Assembly: GCA_964637575.1 (NCBI GenBank)
Contig: CAZWVU010000002.1
Location: forward strand, 18,824-82,823
Length of the DNA: 64,000 nucleotides
Direction of reading: 5' to 3'
From: an uncultured Candidatus Saccharibacteria bacterium
GTDB lineage: Bacteria; Patescibacteriota; Minisyncoccia; UBA6257; WO2-44-18
Shown here: positions 37,763 to 47,544 of the stretch, in pieces
Numbering within the stretch: position 1 is the stretch's first letter
How the letters are laid out: the number at the start of each line of letters is the position of its first letter
Made by a program: the position numbers and the translations under genes
Notes under the pieces: generated by a model
What the model saw: the letters and a program-made list of their open reading frames with translations, nothing else
Database searches by the model: none
What the model was told of the DNA's origin: nothing

Positions 37763-39667
37763 ATGCAATTTCTGGTGCGTTTTTTTAATCGCCTTCGGCA
37801 TGTTCTTATCTGGGGAATTCTCGGAATTATAGCACTTGCATCGGCGCTTTTTATGTTTACCGCGTCGCACGGCGACGCGCCGATCGTTGACGAACAGCCG
37901 CATATTGCCGCGGGATACAGTTATCTCCGTTATTTTGATGCCCGGCTCAATCCGGAGCATCCTCCGCTGGTGAAAATGCTTGCCGGATTTCCCCTCCTTT
38001 TTCAGGGACTGAATTTCCCGGTTGCCGGCGATGCCTGGCGGAATGGAATCAATGAACAGTGGACGCTCGGTTCGGATTTCCTCTATGACAGCGGCAATAA
38101 CCCGGATGCAGTGGTTGGTTGGGCACGCCTCGGTCCGATGCTGCTGACGCTGATCCTTATCATCGCCGTCTACGCCTGGTCGAAAGAACTGCTGGGCCGC
38201 TGGTGGGCCCTGCTTCCTTCATTTCTGATTGCCTTCTCGCCCACGTTTCTCGCCCACGGGCATTATGTCACGACCGATGTCGGCGCCACCCTCGGGATCT
38301 TTCTCGCGACCGCCGCCTTCCTGAATTTCCTTTTCAGTCCTTCGCGAAAGCATCTGATCTGGGCCGGCCTTGCCTTCGGTCTGGCGCAATTGGTGAAATT
38401 TTCGGCCTTTCTCCTCGTTCCTTATTTCATACTCCTGATGACGGTTTTTTATGCAGTAAGCGTGGCGCGCGACTGGAAGATGACCGATCCACAGCGCGGA
38501 CGCCTCCGCCGCTTTGCCATGCGCTTCTGGAAATACTTCCGTTCGCTTTTTATTATATTCCTGATCGGATTCGCGATGGTCTATATTGTCTACTTTTTCC
38601 TCGTCTGGAATTATCCGCGTGACAAACAGGTTGCCGACACCGGCGCCATTCTGGCATCTTTCAGCCCGCGCACCTTGCCCGCGGTCACCCTCTGGCTCGC
38701 CAATGTTCCGGTGCTCAGGCCGATCGCGCAGTATCTGCTGGGGCTTTTGATGGTTTTGCAGCGTTCCAGCGGCGGGAACACGATTTATTTCCTCGGCAAT
38801 GTCTCCGGCGGCGGATCGCCGCTGTATTTTCCGCTGGTGTTTCTCATGAAAGAACCGGTCGCGTCATTGATTATGATCTTCTTTGCGATCGGTTATTCAA
38901 TCTACGGATTGGTCCGCAGTTCCGCTTCGGCGATCGCGCGCCGCTCATTCCGGATTGCCGAATACCTCACCACAAACTTCGCCGAATTCGCCCTCCTGCT
39001 CTTCGTGGGTATCTATTGGACGTCGAGCGTTTCCAGCCACCTGAACATCGGCATCCGGCATATCCTCCCCACGCTGCCATTCATCTACATTCTCACGGCG
39101 GGCGCGATCAAACGCTGGTTCAGCATCAAAAATCTGGATGCGGTACAGAATTTTGCCCTGAAAATTTTTATTGTCTACCGGGAACTGATCAGCGTTTCTC
39201 TGAAATCGGCGGCGCTGGTCGTTTTGATTGTCTGGTATGTGCTTTCCGCGTGCGTCACGGCGCCTTATTTCCTTTCTTATTTTAACTTCCTCGCGGGGGG
39301 CACACACTACGGGTACCAGTATGTCACCGACTCCAACTACGACTGGGGGCAGGATTTGAGACGGCTGGCCTCATGGGCTGATCAGAATCTTCCGCCCGGA
39401 GAAAAAATCGCCGTGGATTACTTTGGCGGCGGCCGGCCGGGTTATCATCTCGGCAACCGCGAGGTGGACTGGTGGTCGTCAAAAGGCAGTCCGGCGAATG
39501 AAAATATCCGGTGGCTTGCCGTTTCTATCAACACTATCCAGCAGGCCAAGGGCACGCTCGCACCCGACCAGCCCCGAAAACCCGAAGACGAATACCGCTG
39601 GCTCACCGACCCGTATCATCCTTTCGCCCGCGCCGGCACCTCCATCTTTATTTATAAACTTCAGTAA
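37763..39667 (+). CDS. ArnT/PMT-like (GT-C) membrane glycosyltransferase
   Basis: DE..HI.AG, NPEHPPLVK, TTDVG, IGIRHILP, DSNYDWGQD. Confidence 0.85.
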   Translation: MQFLVRFFNRLRHVLIWGILGIIALASALFMFTASHGDAPIVDEQPHIAAGYSYLRYFDARLNPEHPPLVKMLAGFPLLFQGLNFPVAGDAWRNGINEQWTLGSDFLYDSGNNPDAVVGWARLGPMLLTLILIIAVYAWSKELLGRWWALLPSFLIAFSPTFLAHGHYVTTDVGATLGIFLATAAFLNFLFSPSRKHLIWAGLAFGLAQLVKFSAFLLVPYFILLMTVFYAVSVARDWKMTDPQRGRLRRFAMRFWKYFRSLFIIFLIGFAMVYIVYFFLVWNYPRDKQVADTGAILASFSPRTLPAVTLWLANVPVLRPIAQYLLGLLMVLQRSSGGNTIYFLGNVSGGGSPLYFPLVFLMKEPVASLIMIFFAIGYSIYGLVRSSASAIARRSFRIAEYLTTNFAEFALLLFVGIYWTSSVSSHLNIGIRHILPTLPFIYILTAGAIKRWFSIKNLDAVQNFALKIFIVYRELISVSLKSAALVVLIVWYVLSACVTAPYFLSYFNFLAGGTHYGYQYVTDSNYDWGQDLRRLASWADQNLPPGEKIAVDYFGGGRPGYHLGNREVDWWSSKGSPANENIRWLAVSINTIQQAKGTLAPDQPRKPEDEYRWLTDPYHPFARAGTSIFIYKLQ

Positions 39668-39674
39668 TTTTCCC

Positions 39675-39838
39675 GCCCTCTCCCCGAAGCTCTTCTCTTA
39701 CCCGCTCGCTACCGGCCTCGCTCGCTTACGCGATTTTTCCACATACGGATATATAACTAAAGGTTAATGATCCCGAAAAAATCGCTGCTCGCTTCTGGGT
39801 AACGCTCGGGGATGCGTTCAGAGCTTCGGGGAGGGGCT
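39675..39838. repeat. Long nested inverted repeat
   Basis: TCCCCGAAGCTCT/AGAGCTTCGGGGA outer stem; inner TTACCC/GGGTAA and GCGATTTTT/AAAAATCGC. Confidence 0.75.
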
Positions 39839-39855
39839 GACGCTCCATGCTACTG

Positions 39856-40022
39856 AGGCTATCCAGGAAATTCCGTAGGGAATATCTCGGAGCTGATGCG
39901 GCTGGCCTGACACATGGTTGCGTCAGAGCCAAGGGTGCCTTGCGCATCGGCGAGAGCTAAGTGGTGCGCGAGGCCGCTGAAGCCGAGCGACACCCGGTTC
40001 CCGGGAATTTCCTGGGTGGCCT
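39856..40022 (+). repeat. Structured intergenic element family B, copy 2
   Basis: Core matches 4942-5013; outer stem GGCTATCCAGGAAATTCC/GGAATTTCCTGGGTGGCC. Confidence 0.75.
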
Positions 40023-40031
40023 GCAGGTAAG

Positions 40032-40763
40032 CTATTTCAGATATATCCGGTTCTCCACGGTGAAGTCGGCGTATGAAGAGGCGCTGATTTTCCCGCTCGC
40101 GATGAGATTAGCAAGCGAAGAAAATACCTTTTTGTTCGGAATAAATCGGACGCTGAACATAAGCTGGGCGCCGCGCGCCGGCGTTATCACAATCTCCTGA
40201 AAGGTATCCTTGTACGCATAGTCGCTCAATGTCAGTGGCACGCCGGCCAGGCCATCCAATAGCGCGGCCACTGCGGCAAAACGGTCCGGAGGCAGTACTT
40301 CCCGGCCAATCATGGGCGTAAATTGCCGGCTGTCATTGATTTTCACGATCGTGGACCCTTCGGTGTCCGGCGCCTCGGCGACCGCCAAGCCCTGGCGGTT
40401 CACCCAGAAACAGTCTTTGGCGCACCAAATCGCGAAACGGTCGGCGTTCGGTCCTGTCAGCGTCAGGATTCCTTTTCCGTAGTTTTTTTCAACAGTAACA
40501 CCGCGTATTTCATCCGGCCAGGAAAGAAAGTTGCTCAAGCCCAAAAGACGCGCTTCCGGATTTGCCAGTACTAACGGCCGGAGATCTTCCAGAGTAACCA
40601 CGCCCGAAACCGCAATGGACTTTATCTTCAAAAATGAAAGATGCAGCACGCCGTACAGCGCCCCGGCGGCGGCAAAAATAATTACCGCGATGAGACCATA
40701 GAATCTCATCCGAACATGCTGCTGATAGCGCCGCTTTTCCGATTTGGATAACAGTTGCTTCAT
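40032..40763 (-). CDS. FtsQ/DivIB-like bitopic membrane protein
   Basis: Basic N-terminus, one TM, POTRA-like IKSIAVSG, C-terminal YADFTVENRIYLK. Confidence 0.6.
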   Translation of the reverse strand: MKQLLSKSEKRRYQQHVRMRFYGLIAVIIFAAAGALYGVLHLSFLKIKSIAVSGVVTLEDLRPLVLANPEARLLGLSNFLSWPDEIRGVTVEKNYGKGILTLTGPNADRFAIWCAKDCFWVNRQGLAVAEAPDTEGSTIVKINDSRQFTPMIGREVLPPDRFAAVAALLDGLAGVPLTLSDYAYKDTFQEIVITPARGAQLMFSVRFIPNKKVFSSLANLIASGKISASSYADFTVENRIYLK

Positions 40764-41884
40764 TACGCTACAATCCTTTCAATTAAAGGATTGATTCTTG
40801 TGATGATCTCGTAATGGCTGGCACCCAGCTTGCGGGCGAGATCGTATGCGCTTACTTCTTCATTTCCCTGACGGCCGATCAGCGTCGCTTTCATTCCCCG
40901 CCCTGTTTTCACCCCGGCAACGTCCGCCACGATCATGTCCATGGAAACGCGCCCGAAAACGCGGCATTTTTTACCGCCGATCAGCACCTCGCCGATACTG
41001 GAAAGCGCCCTCGGATACCCATGCCAATATCCGATCGGAAGCACCGCGATTTTTCCGGGCTTTTCCATCCGCTCGGTCAGGTCATACCCCACATAGTCGC
41101 CCGGCCCGATTTTTTTGACCTCACTTACCAGCGTATGCCAGGAAAGCGCCGGCTTCAGCCGGATCTTCGGCAGTTGCATCATCAGCTCCCCGGACGGCCA
41201 GAGGCCGTAGAGTCCGATGCCGATCCGCACCGCGTCCAGATGGTATTTCTGGTTCATCAGGGTGCCGCCGCTCGCCGCCGCGTGCCTCACAAGATTTTTA
41301 TAGCCGGCGGCCTCGATATGCTTTACCGCCTTCTGAAATTCTTTGAACTGCATGTCGGTGATTGTCGGATAATTAAGTTCTTTGGCCGACGCGAAATGGG
41401 TATAGATGCCTTTCAATGCATGTGAAATTTTAAATTTAGAATTTGAAATTATCCGGATTGCTTTTGGCAATTCGGAATAATAAAATCCCTGCCGGTGCAT
41501 GCCCGTATCCATCTTCAGGTGGAATTCCGGTTTATATTTTGACGCGGCCAGTTCCGCAAGCCCTTCAAGGCTGGAAACGGTAATGGTGATTTTATTTTTC
41601 GCAGCCGTTTCCAGAAAATTCCTGAACGTCGAGCCAAGAACGAGTACCGGCTTTTTAATCCCTTCTTTGCGGAGTTTTTCGCCCTCCACCACGCTGTCCA
41701 CGCAAAAACCGTCCACGCCGAACTGGTCGGCGAGACGGGAAAAGGAAGCCAGCCCGTGTCCGTAGGCGTTGGATTTTACCACTGCGAACAGTTTCGTCTT
41801 CGGGGCGAGTAGCTGGCGGAATGTTTTTATATTATGCTGAACTGCCGCCTTGCTGACGTTTACAAATACTTTATTTTGCGCCAT
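40763..41884 (-). CDS. alr: Alanine racemase
   Basis: AVVKSNAYGHG, KMDTGMHRQG, GRVSMD, YEI. Confidence 0.97.
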   Translation of the reverse strand: MAQNKVFVNVSKAAVQHNIKTFRQLLAPKTKLFAVVKSNAYGHGLASFSRLADQFGVDGFCVDSVVEGEKLRKEGIKKPVLVLGSTFRNFLETAAKNKITITVSSLEGLAELAASKYKPEFHLKMDTGMHRQGFYYSELPKAIRIISNSKFKISHALKGIYTHFASAKELNYPTITDMQFKEFQKAVKHIEAAGYKNLVRHAAASGGTLMNQKYHLDAVRIGIGLYGLWPSGELMMQLPKIRLKPALSWHTLVSEVKKIGPGDYVGYDLTERMEKPGKIAVLPIGYWHGYPRALSSIGEVLIGGKKCRVFGRVSMDMIVADVAGVKTGRGMKATLIGRQGNEEVSAYDLARKLGASHYEIITRINPLIERIVA

Positions 41885-41942
41885 AGTGGTGCTAAGTTCC
41901 TTTATTTAAACACAAAAACAGGCTTTTGAGAAGGAGGCGCAC

Positions 41943-42467
41943 ATGACTCTTCAAGAGTCACGGGAGCGGCTCCGCAGGCTGCACCCGATCGTGAAAGGAA
42001 TCATATTCACCCTGCTGGCCGGCATTACGTTCTTCATCGAAATCTGGCTGGTCAGGAACATGCGCGATTTTCACCGGGAAGCGATCCGTGCCTATGCCGC
42101 CTATGATCTCGACAGAATTGGCGGAGTCGTCAATCTCGTGATCCAGGCGCCTTTTCAGGAAGAGCTGATATATCGCGGACCGGTGTGGCTTCTGGCTGTT
42201 CTGACAGGCTGGGCTATCAGGAAACATCCCGGAAAAAAATCTGTGGAATACGCGGCCCATGCGCTCTGCGCCTTGCTGCTTCTTCCACTCAACTACGTCT
42301 GGGCGTTCAGCCATTGCCGCTACTCTTACACCATCTTTGCCTTTGGTCTCGTCTGGGGACTCTGCGTCATCCTCACCCGCCGGCTGCATTACTCGATGAT
42401 TCTCCACGCGGGATCCAACGCCTGCGCCGTTATCGGCATCTCTGTAATTCATTATTTTTCAAGTTAA
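41943..42467 (+). CDS. CPBP (CAAX/Abi) intramembrane protease-like
   Basis: APFQEELIYRG, FSH, SMILHAGSN. Confidence 0.8.
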   Translation: MTLQESRERLRRLHPIVKGIIFTLLAGITFFIEIWLVRNMRDFHREAIRAYAAYDLDRIGGVVNLVIQAPFQEELIYRGPVWLLAVLTGWAIRKHPGKKSVEYAAHALCALLLLPLNYVWAFSHCRYSYTIFAFGLVWGLCVILTRRLHYSMILHAGSNACAVIGISVIHYFSS

Positions 42468-42508
42468 AATCGCCCTCGGCAACACCGGGACGATTTTTTT
42501 TGCGAACG

Positions 42509-43807
42509 CTAACGAGTAATTTCTTTGAGACCCGCGTACTTCTGTAAAATCTTCGGCACCTTCACCGTCCCCTTCTCGGTCTGATAATTCTCAATAATTG
42601 CGATAAGAATGCGCCCGATGGCAAAGGTCGTCGCGTCGTTCATATGCGCGAGTACCGTCGTGCCGTCTTTGCGTTTCGCCCGCGTGCCGAGCCGCCGCGC
42701 CTGGTAGTCAGTCATCAGATCGGAGGTATGCGTCTCGCGATAGCGGTTTTGTCCGGGTAGCCAGGTTTCAATATCAATTTGCCGCGCATCCGGGCCGCCC
42801 ATATCCCCGGTACAGACCGCGACCACCTGATACGGAAGTTCAAGTTTTTGCAAAAGATATTCCTGAAGCGCCACGATAAAATCCTGTTCGGTGCGGGAAT
42901 GCTCCGGCAGAGTGAATGATTCGATTTCCAGCTTGTCGAACTGATGCACCCGTAAAATACCTTTCACGTCTTTCCCATACGATCCGGACTCGCGGCGGAA
43001 GCTGGAAGAAAACCCGATATACCGCAGCGGAAACTGTTCCTCGGGAATGGTCTCATCCATATGGATCGGGCCAAGGGTATGCTCGGCGCTCCCCACCAGA
43101 TAGAGGTCATCCTTCGGGAGATAATAGCGCTCTTCTTCCTGCCCGGGATCGAGCCGCGCCATCCGGCGGAACACCTCCGGCTTGATCATGACCGGCGGAA
43201 TCACCGGCACAAATGGTGTGGAAGCGTATCCCTTGGCAACGGAACCCGCGATCTTCTTAATAAGCTTTTCATCTCCCAGCGTTTCAAACACCCACTGAAC
43301 GATTGCATACTCCAGCAAGGCCGCGCCTCCTTTAAGATACGTGAAGCGCGCCCCGGAGACTTTCGCGGCGGTTTCCGTATCAATAATCCCCAGCGCCTCG
43401 CCGAGTGTCATATGATCTTTCGGCTGAAAATCGAACGTTGTCGGCTCGCCCCATTTCCGGATCACCTTGTTGCCACTTTCATCTTTTCCAACCGGGACAT
43501 CCTCAAACGGAAGGTTGGGCAGGCGCATCCAGGCAAAACCCCGCTCTTTTTCCAGCGCCAGAAGCCGTTCTTCCAGCACCTTGATCTCCTCTTTGTTTTT
43601 CTTCGCTTCCTGAATTTCCTCCGGGCCTGGTTTCTTGGCGCTCATTTTTTTCTGCGCCGCCCGCTTCCCGTCTATCGCCTGCACCGTTTCCCGCCAGGCC
43701 TGGTCAATTTCCAAAAACTGATCCACCAGCAGCGGATCGGCGTTTTTCTTGGCGATTCCTTCTTTTACTCTTTGCGGTTCCTTGCGGATCAGTTCAACAT
43801 CAAGCAT
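42509..43807 (-). CDS. serS: Serine-tRNA ligase
   Basis: MLD...IR, FRRESGSYG, RVHQFDKLE, DIETWLPG; start refined to 43807. Confidence 0.98.
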   Translation of the reverse strand: MLDVELIRKEPQRVKEGIAKKNADPLLVDQFLEIDQAWRETVQAIDGKRAAQKKMSAKKPGPEEIQEAKKNKEEIKVLEERLLALEKERGFAWMRLPNLPFEDVPVGKDESGNKVIRKWGEPTTFDFQPKDHMTLGEALGIIDTETAAKVSGARFTYLKGGAALLEYAIVQWVFETLGDEKLIKKIAGSVAKGYASTPFVPVIPPVMIKPEVFRRMARLDPGQEEERYYLPKDDLYLVGSAEHTLGPIHMDETIPEEQFPLRYIGFSSSFRRESGSYGKDVKGILRVHQFDKLEIESFTLPEHSRTEQDFIVALQEYLLQKLELPYQVVAVCTGDMGGPDARQIDIETWLPGQNRYRETHTSDLMTDYQARRLGTRAKRKDGTTVLAHMNDATTFAIGRILIAIIENYQTEKGTVKVPKILQKYAGLKEITR

Positions 43808-43841
43808 GACCTTAATTATAAACGCACCCTTGTGGGTGCGT

Positions 43842-44111
43842 CTAGTTGAGATCGTGGGGATGATACGCGATGCCGGTCGGAATCTGAAGAAGTTCTCGGC
43901 AGTGCGGACAGTACCAGGCTTTGCCATCACCTTCAAAATAAGGGAGAAAGCAGGCGCCGCAAAAACCTTTACCACACTTCGGACAATCGAAATCGTTATT
44001 CACGACCGGCGAAGAGATCACATCCTGCCAATCCTCCGAAATAACCGTGATGGTTTTCCTGATGGCACAGTTCGGACACTTTCTCGGAACCGCAAATCTG
44101 GCTTCACGCAT
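43842..44111 (-). CDS. Small C4C4 zinc-finger (RING-like) protein
   Basis: CPNC-x21-CPKC-x4-CGAC-x13-CPHC; SD GGAG. Confidence 0.7.
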   Translation of the reverse strand: MREARFAVPRKCPNCAIRKTITVISEDWQDVISSPVVNNDFDCPKCGKGFCGACFLPYFEGDGKAWYCPHCRELLQIPTGIAYHPHDLN

Positions 44112-44160
44112 GCAAACTCCTGATTGAGTATGTTCTGGCAACACTATGCCACAGGCGGGA

Positions 44161-44565
44161 CTATTTGTTAAGAAGGCTGCTTTTATAGATATGCGGCTCA
44201 AAAGATTTCAGGTGAACAATTTCCGGAACATAGCCAAGCCGATCCAGATTCTTTTCCAATGCCGCGCCAAGAATCGTCTGGTCGTAACCGATCGCGATGA
44301 CGTCCGGCCGCTCCTTCCTTACTATTTCCCAGACGCCCAGCTCTTTGTCGCCGACCAAAACTCTGTCCACGCCATCCTGCGCGCTCAACTCCTCCATTCG
44401 CTTCATCAGATTAAATTTTGGCGAGTGTCCTTTGAGTTGTTGGACGATATGGTCCCGCGCGACTACCACGGTCAAAAAATCGCCATGCGCCCTTGCTTGC
44501 TTCAGCATGGCTTTGTGGCCTTCGTGAATTCCATCAAACGTCCCGAACACTATTACCGTCCTCAT
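44161..44565 (-). CDS. Cytidylyltransferase-family nucleotidyltransferase (RibL/FAD synthase-like)
   Basis: FGTFDGIHEGH, VVVARD, PDVIAIGYDQ. Confidence 0.85.
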   Translation of the reverse strand: MRTVIVFGTFDGIHEGHKAMLKQARAHGDFLTVVVARDHIVQQLKGHSPKFNLMKRMEELSAQDGVDRVLVGDKELGVWEIVRKERPDVIAIGYDQTILGAALEKNLDRLGYVPEIVHLKSFEPHIYKSSLLNK

Positions 44566-44587
44566 ACATTCAATATATCAAACAAAG

Positions 44588-45925
44588 TTAGTCCTTCGGG
44601 CGGAGGGTCGGGAAAGCGATGATCTCCTTCACCGAATGCGCTTTGGTGACAAGCGCTACCAAGCGGTCAATGCCCAGACCGAGACCGGCGGCCGGCGGCA
44701 TGCCATATTCAAGCGCCTCCAGAAAATCCTCATCCATCCTGAAAGCCTCCTCATCGCCGGCTTTGCGCGCCTCCTCCTGATCCAGCATCTGCGCCCGCTG
44801 AGCCACCGGGTCATTCAGCTCGGAAAATCCTTTGATAATCTCGGCACCATCCACGATCAGCTGGAAGCTTTCGGTGAGCGATTTATTTTTCTGATCAAAT
44901 TTGGCGAGCGCGATCACCGAAGCCGGATAGTCGGTAACCAGCGTCGGCTTAATGATCTTTGGCCGGACTTCTTTCTTGAAAAACTCATCCAGCTGGGCCG
45001 GATCGATGGAATGATAATCCTTGCCGGAATATTTTTTGAACGCGTCGGCATACGTGATCCGCTCCCATGCGCCGGGGATGAGCTTCTTCAGGAGTTTTTT
45101 GGTAAATTTCATCAGACCTTCGTAATCCTGATACGCCCAGTAAAGCTCCAGCATGGTGAATTCCGGATTGTGTGCGCGGTCTATGCCTTCATTCCGGAAG
45201 TTGCGGCCGATCTCAAAGATCTTTTCCAAGCCGCCGACCAAGAGGCGCTTTAAATATAATTCCGGCGCGATGCGGAGATAGAAATCCGCATCCAGCGCGT
45301 TGTGGTGCGTCTTGAACGGCCGGGCCTTGGTCCCTCCGGGAATCGGCTGGAGCATCGGGGTTTCGATTTCCAAAAACCCCTCTTTGGTAAGCGCTTCCCG
45401 CAGATATTCCACGATCTTGGATCGCTCAATCAGTTTATTTTTTACTTCGGGATTCAGCAGAAGATCCAGATATCGTTTCCGGTAGCGTTCTTCCACATCC
45501 TGCAGGCCGTGCCAAACTGAAGGCAAAGGACGGAGCGACTTCACCACGATGCGGGCCGACCTGGCTTCAATCGTCTTCTCGCCGGCTTTGGTTTTGAAAA
45601 ATGTCCCGCCTACTTCCAGAAAATCGCCGATGTCCAGATTGTTTTTAAGCGCGGCGAAGTCGCCGAGATTATCCTTCTTCAGGAACACCTGTACTTTTCC
45701 GCTGGAATCCTGAACGTCCGCGAAACCGATGGCGCCCTGCAGACGGAGGCCCATTACCCGCCCTACCACAAAAATTTTTGACTTCTTCTTCGCCAGCGTC
45801 TGAAAACCGGCCACCGCCTCACCGATTGAATGAGTTCTTTTTACCCGCGCTGGATATGGTTCATAACCAAGCTTTTCCAGCTCGCCTTTTTTCTTAAGAC
45901 GTTCTTTGAGGATGTCCTCGAGCAT
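44588..45925 (-). CDS. lysS: Lysine-tRNA ligase (class II), compact
   Basis: YRKRYLDL, YLRIAPELYLKRL, FRNEG, YGMPPAAGLGLGIDRL. Confidence 0.98.
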   Translation of the reverse strand: MLEDILKERLKKKGELEKLGYEPYPARVKRTHSIGEAVAGFQTLAKKKSKIFVVGRVMGLRLQGAIGFADVQDSSGKVQVFLKKDNLGDFAALKNNLDIGDFLEVGGTFFKTKAGEKTIEARSARIVVKSLRPLPSVWHGLQDVEERYRKRYLDLLLNPEVKNKLIERSKIVEYLREALTKEGFLEIETPMLQPIPGGTKARPFKTHHNALDADFYLRIAPELYLKRLLVGGLEKIFEIGRNFRNEGIDRAHNPEFTMLELYWAYQDYEGLMKFTKKLLKKLIPGAWERITYADAFKKYSGKDYHSIDPAQLDEFFKKEVRPKIIKPTLVTDYPASVIALAKFDQKNKSLTESFQLIVDGAEIIKGFSELNDPVAQRAQMLDQEEARKAGDEEAFRMDEDFLEALEYGMPPAAGLGLGIDRLVALVTKAHSVKEIIAFPTLRPKD

Positions 45926-46377
45926 TATTTGACGCTCAAAAGTTTATAGGTCGTCTGGCCCGCCGGAGTTTTTACCTGGACCATGTCGCCCACGGTCTTG
46001 CCCAGAAATGCCTTTCCAAGCGGAGATTCGTTGGAGATTTTGCCGGCAATCGGATCGGCTTCGTTCGGACCGACAATGCTGTAGGCCATTTTTTTGCCGT
46101 CCCGCTCCACCTCGATCGTCGAACCAATCTGCACTTTGCTGCCATTGGAATGTCTGATGACGGACGCGTTCTTGATCATGTCTTCAAGTTCGACAATCCG
46201 GGTTTCCACCTGGGTCTGCTCTTCCCTAGCTTCCATGTACTCGGCATTTTCGGAAAGATCGCCGAGTTCTTTCGCCCGCTTCAGACGTTCAGCGACTTCG
46301 GCGCGTCGGACGGTTTTTAATTCTTCAAGTTCTTTGCGTAATTCCTCAAGACGCTCGGGGGTTAAGTAATGTTCCAT
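45925..46377 (-). CDS. greA: Transcription elongation factor GreA
   Basis: GDLSENAEY, ISNESPLGKA. Confidence 0.98.
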   Translation of the reverse strand: MEHYLTPERLEELRKELEELKTVRRAEVAERLKRAKELGDLSENAEYMEAREEQTQVETRIVELEDMIKNASVIRHSNGSKVQIGSTIEVERDGKKMAYSIVGPNEADPIAGKISNESPLGKAFLGKTVGDMVQVKTPAGQTTYKLLSVK

Positions 46378-46409
46378 AATTTTAAAATTCTATCAGATCA
46401 AGGAGTTGA

Positions 46410-47138
46410 TTACAACTTGTATTCTTTCCGCCAAAGCCACCAGCGGATTTTCACCGTTTCGGCAAGCACCTGCAGATACGCCCTGGAGGATACGTGCGTG
46501 CGGGCATCGTTTACCCAGTGCACCGGCATTTCTTTCACTTCATAGCCAAGCGCCCGGGCGAGCGCCAGCGCTTCGATATCAAAGCCCCACCGGTTGATTT
46601 TTACCAGAGGAAACACGCGCTCGGCGGCCTCTTCCGAAAAACATTTAAAACCGCACTGGCTGTCTTTGATGCCCCGTAACGCCATAAGTTGTATGAAAAT
46701 ATTTCCCGCCCGTCCCATTATGCGCTTCTGGATCGGCTGGGGTGGATTCATTTTCGCGCCCTTCACGTACCGCGATCCGATCACCACTTCGTATCCCTGA
46801 TCGAGATAGGGCATCATTTTATTGAATTCGACGATCGTGGTGGAATTATCCGCGTCCATAAACACCCGCCAGTTGCCCTTGGCGGCGAGCATTCCCTGCC
46901 GCACCACCGCGCCTTTGCCGCGGTTTTCTTTATTATCGATCAGTTTCAGATTTTCAATCAGCGGCCGGAAACGGTTGACAATCTCAGCGGTGGCGTCGGT
47001 CGAGCCGTCGTTCACGACGATAATTTCATAGGAATACTCCTGCTGGGAAAGATGCTTGTCCACGTCGATCAGAGTCAACGGAAGACGCTTGGCTTCGTTA
47101 TAGGCGGGTATTATTACGGAGAGATACGGCTTGGCCAT
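46410..47138 (-). CDS. GT2 polyprenol-phosphate glycosyltransferase
   Basis: IIPAYNE, VNDGSTD, NRGKG, FMDAD, DSQCGFK. Confidence 0.9.
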   Translation of the reverse strand: MAKPYLSVIIPAYNEAKRLPLTLIDVDKHLSQQEYSYEIIVVNDGSTDATAEIVNRFRPLIENLKLIDNKENRGKGAVVRQGMLAAKGNWRVFMDADNSTTIVEFNKMMPYLDQGYEVVIGSRYVKGAKMNPPQPIQKRIMGRAGNIFIQLMALRGIKDSQCGFKCFSEEAAERVFPLVKINRWGFDIEALALARALGYEVKEMPVHWVNDARTHVSSRAYLQVLAETVKIRWWLWRKEYKL

Positions 47139-47175
47139 CTATTAAAAGTATAGCATTTGATTCCTTTTCTTTTTT

Positions 47176-47244
47176 AGCCAGTGCCTTCTTCTCCTCGCCA
47201 GGACGTCGGGCTACAATCCTGTCTGCGGGAAGAAGGCACTGGCT
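47176..47244 (+). repeat. Dispersed hairpin repeat family A, copy 3
   Basis: Invariant apex; outer stem AGCCAGTGCC/GGCACTGGCT. Confidence 0.9.
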
Positions 47245-47311
47245 TCACGACAAGACTATTTTGCAAACGTAATCTTGGGAGGTTACGGGTTGAAGCAGCG
47301 CGGTTGGTATT

Positions 47312-47384
47312 TAAAAAAGCCCCGGCAGGGTGTTCCGGACACCGCAGGGATTTCCCCGCGCAGCCCAGAACCCCAACCGGAGCG
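47312..47384 (-). other. Long G-U-rich hairpin followed by a U-tract
   Basis: Minus strand GCTCCGGTTGGGGTTCTGGGC...GTCCGGAACACCCTGCCGGGGC-TTTTTT. Confidence 0.5.
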
Positions 47385-47417
47385 TAATATGTTTTTTACT
47401 ACTTTTAATCGTACCAC

Positions 47418-47540
47418 AAAAAATCCCCTCCGCGGGCTACGAAGCCGCACGGAGGGTGTGAACGAGGTCTTGAAAAACTATCCCGAAGTAAGAGCCGAAA
47501 GCGCTTGTTCAAGGACGACCTTTGTCTCTTACTTCGGTGC
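47418..47540 (-). ncRNA. Candidate small RNA (about 120 nt)
   Basis: TTGACA-17 bp-TATATT promoter, 12-bp stem CCGAAGTAAGAG/CTCTTACTTCGG, terminator hairpin + U-run; no ORF. Confidence 0.5.
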
Positions 47541-47544
47541 GGAA

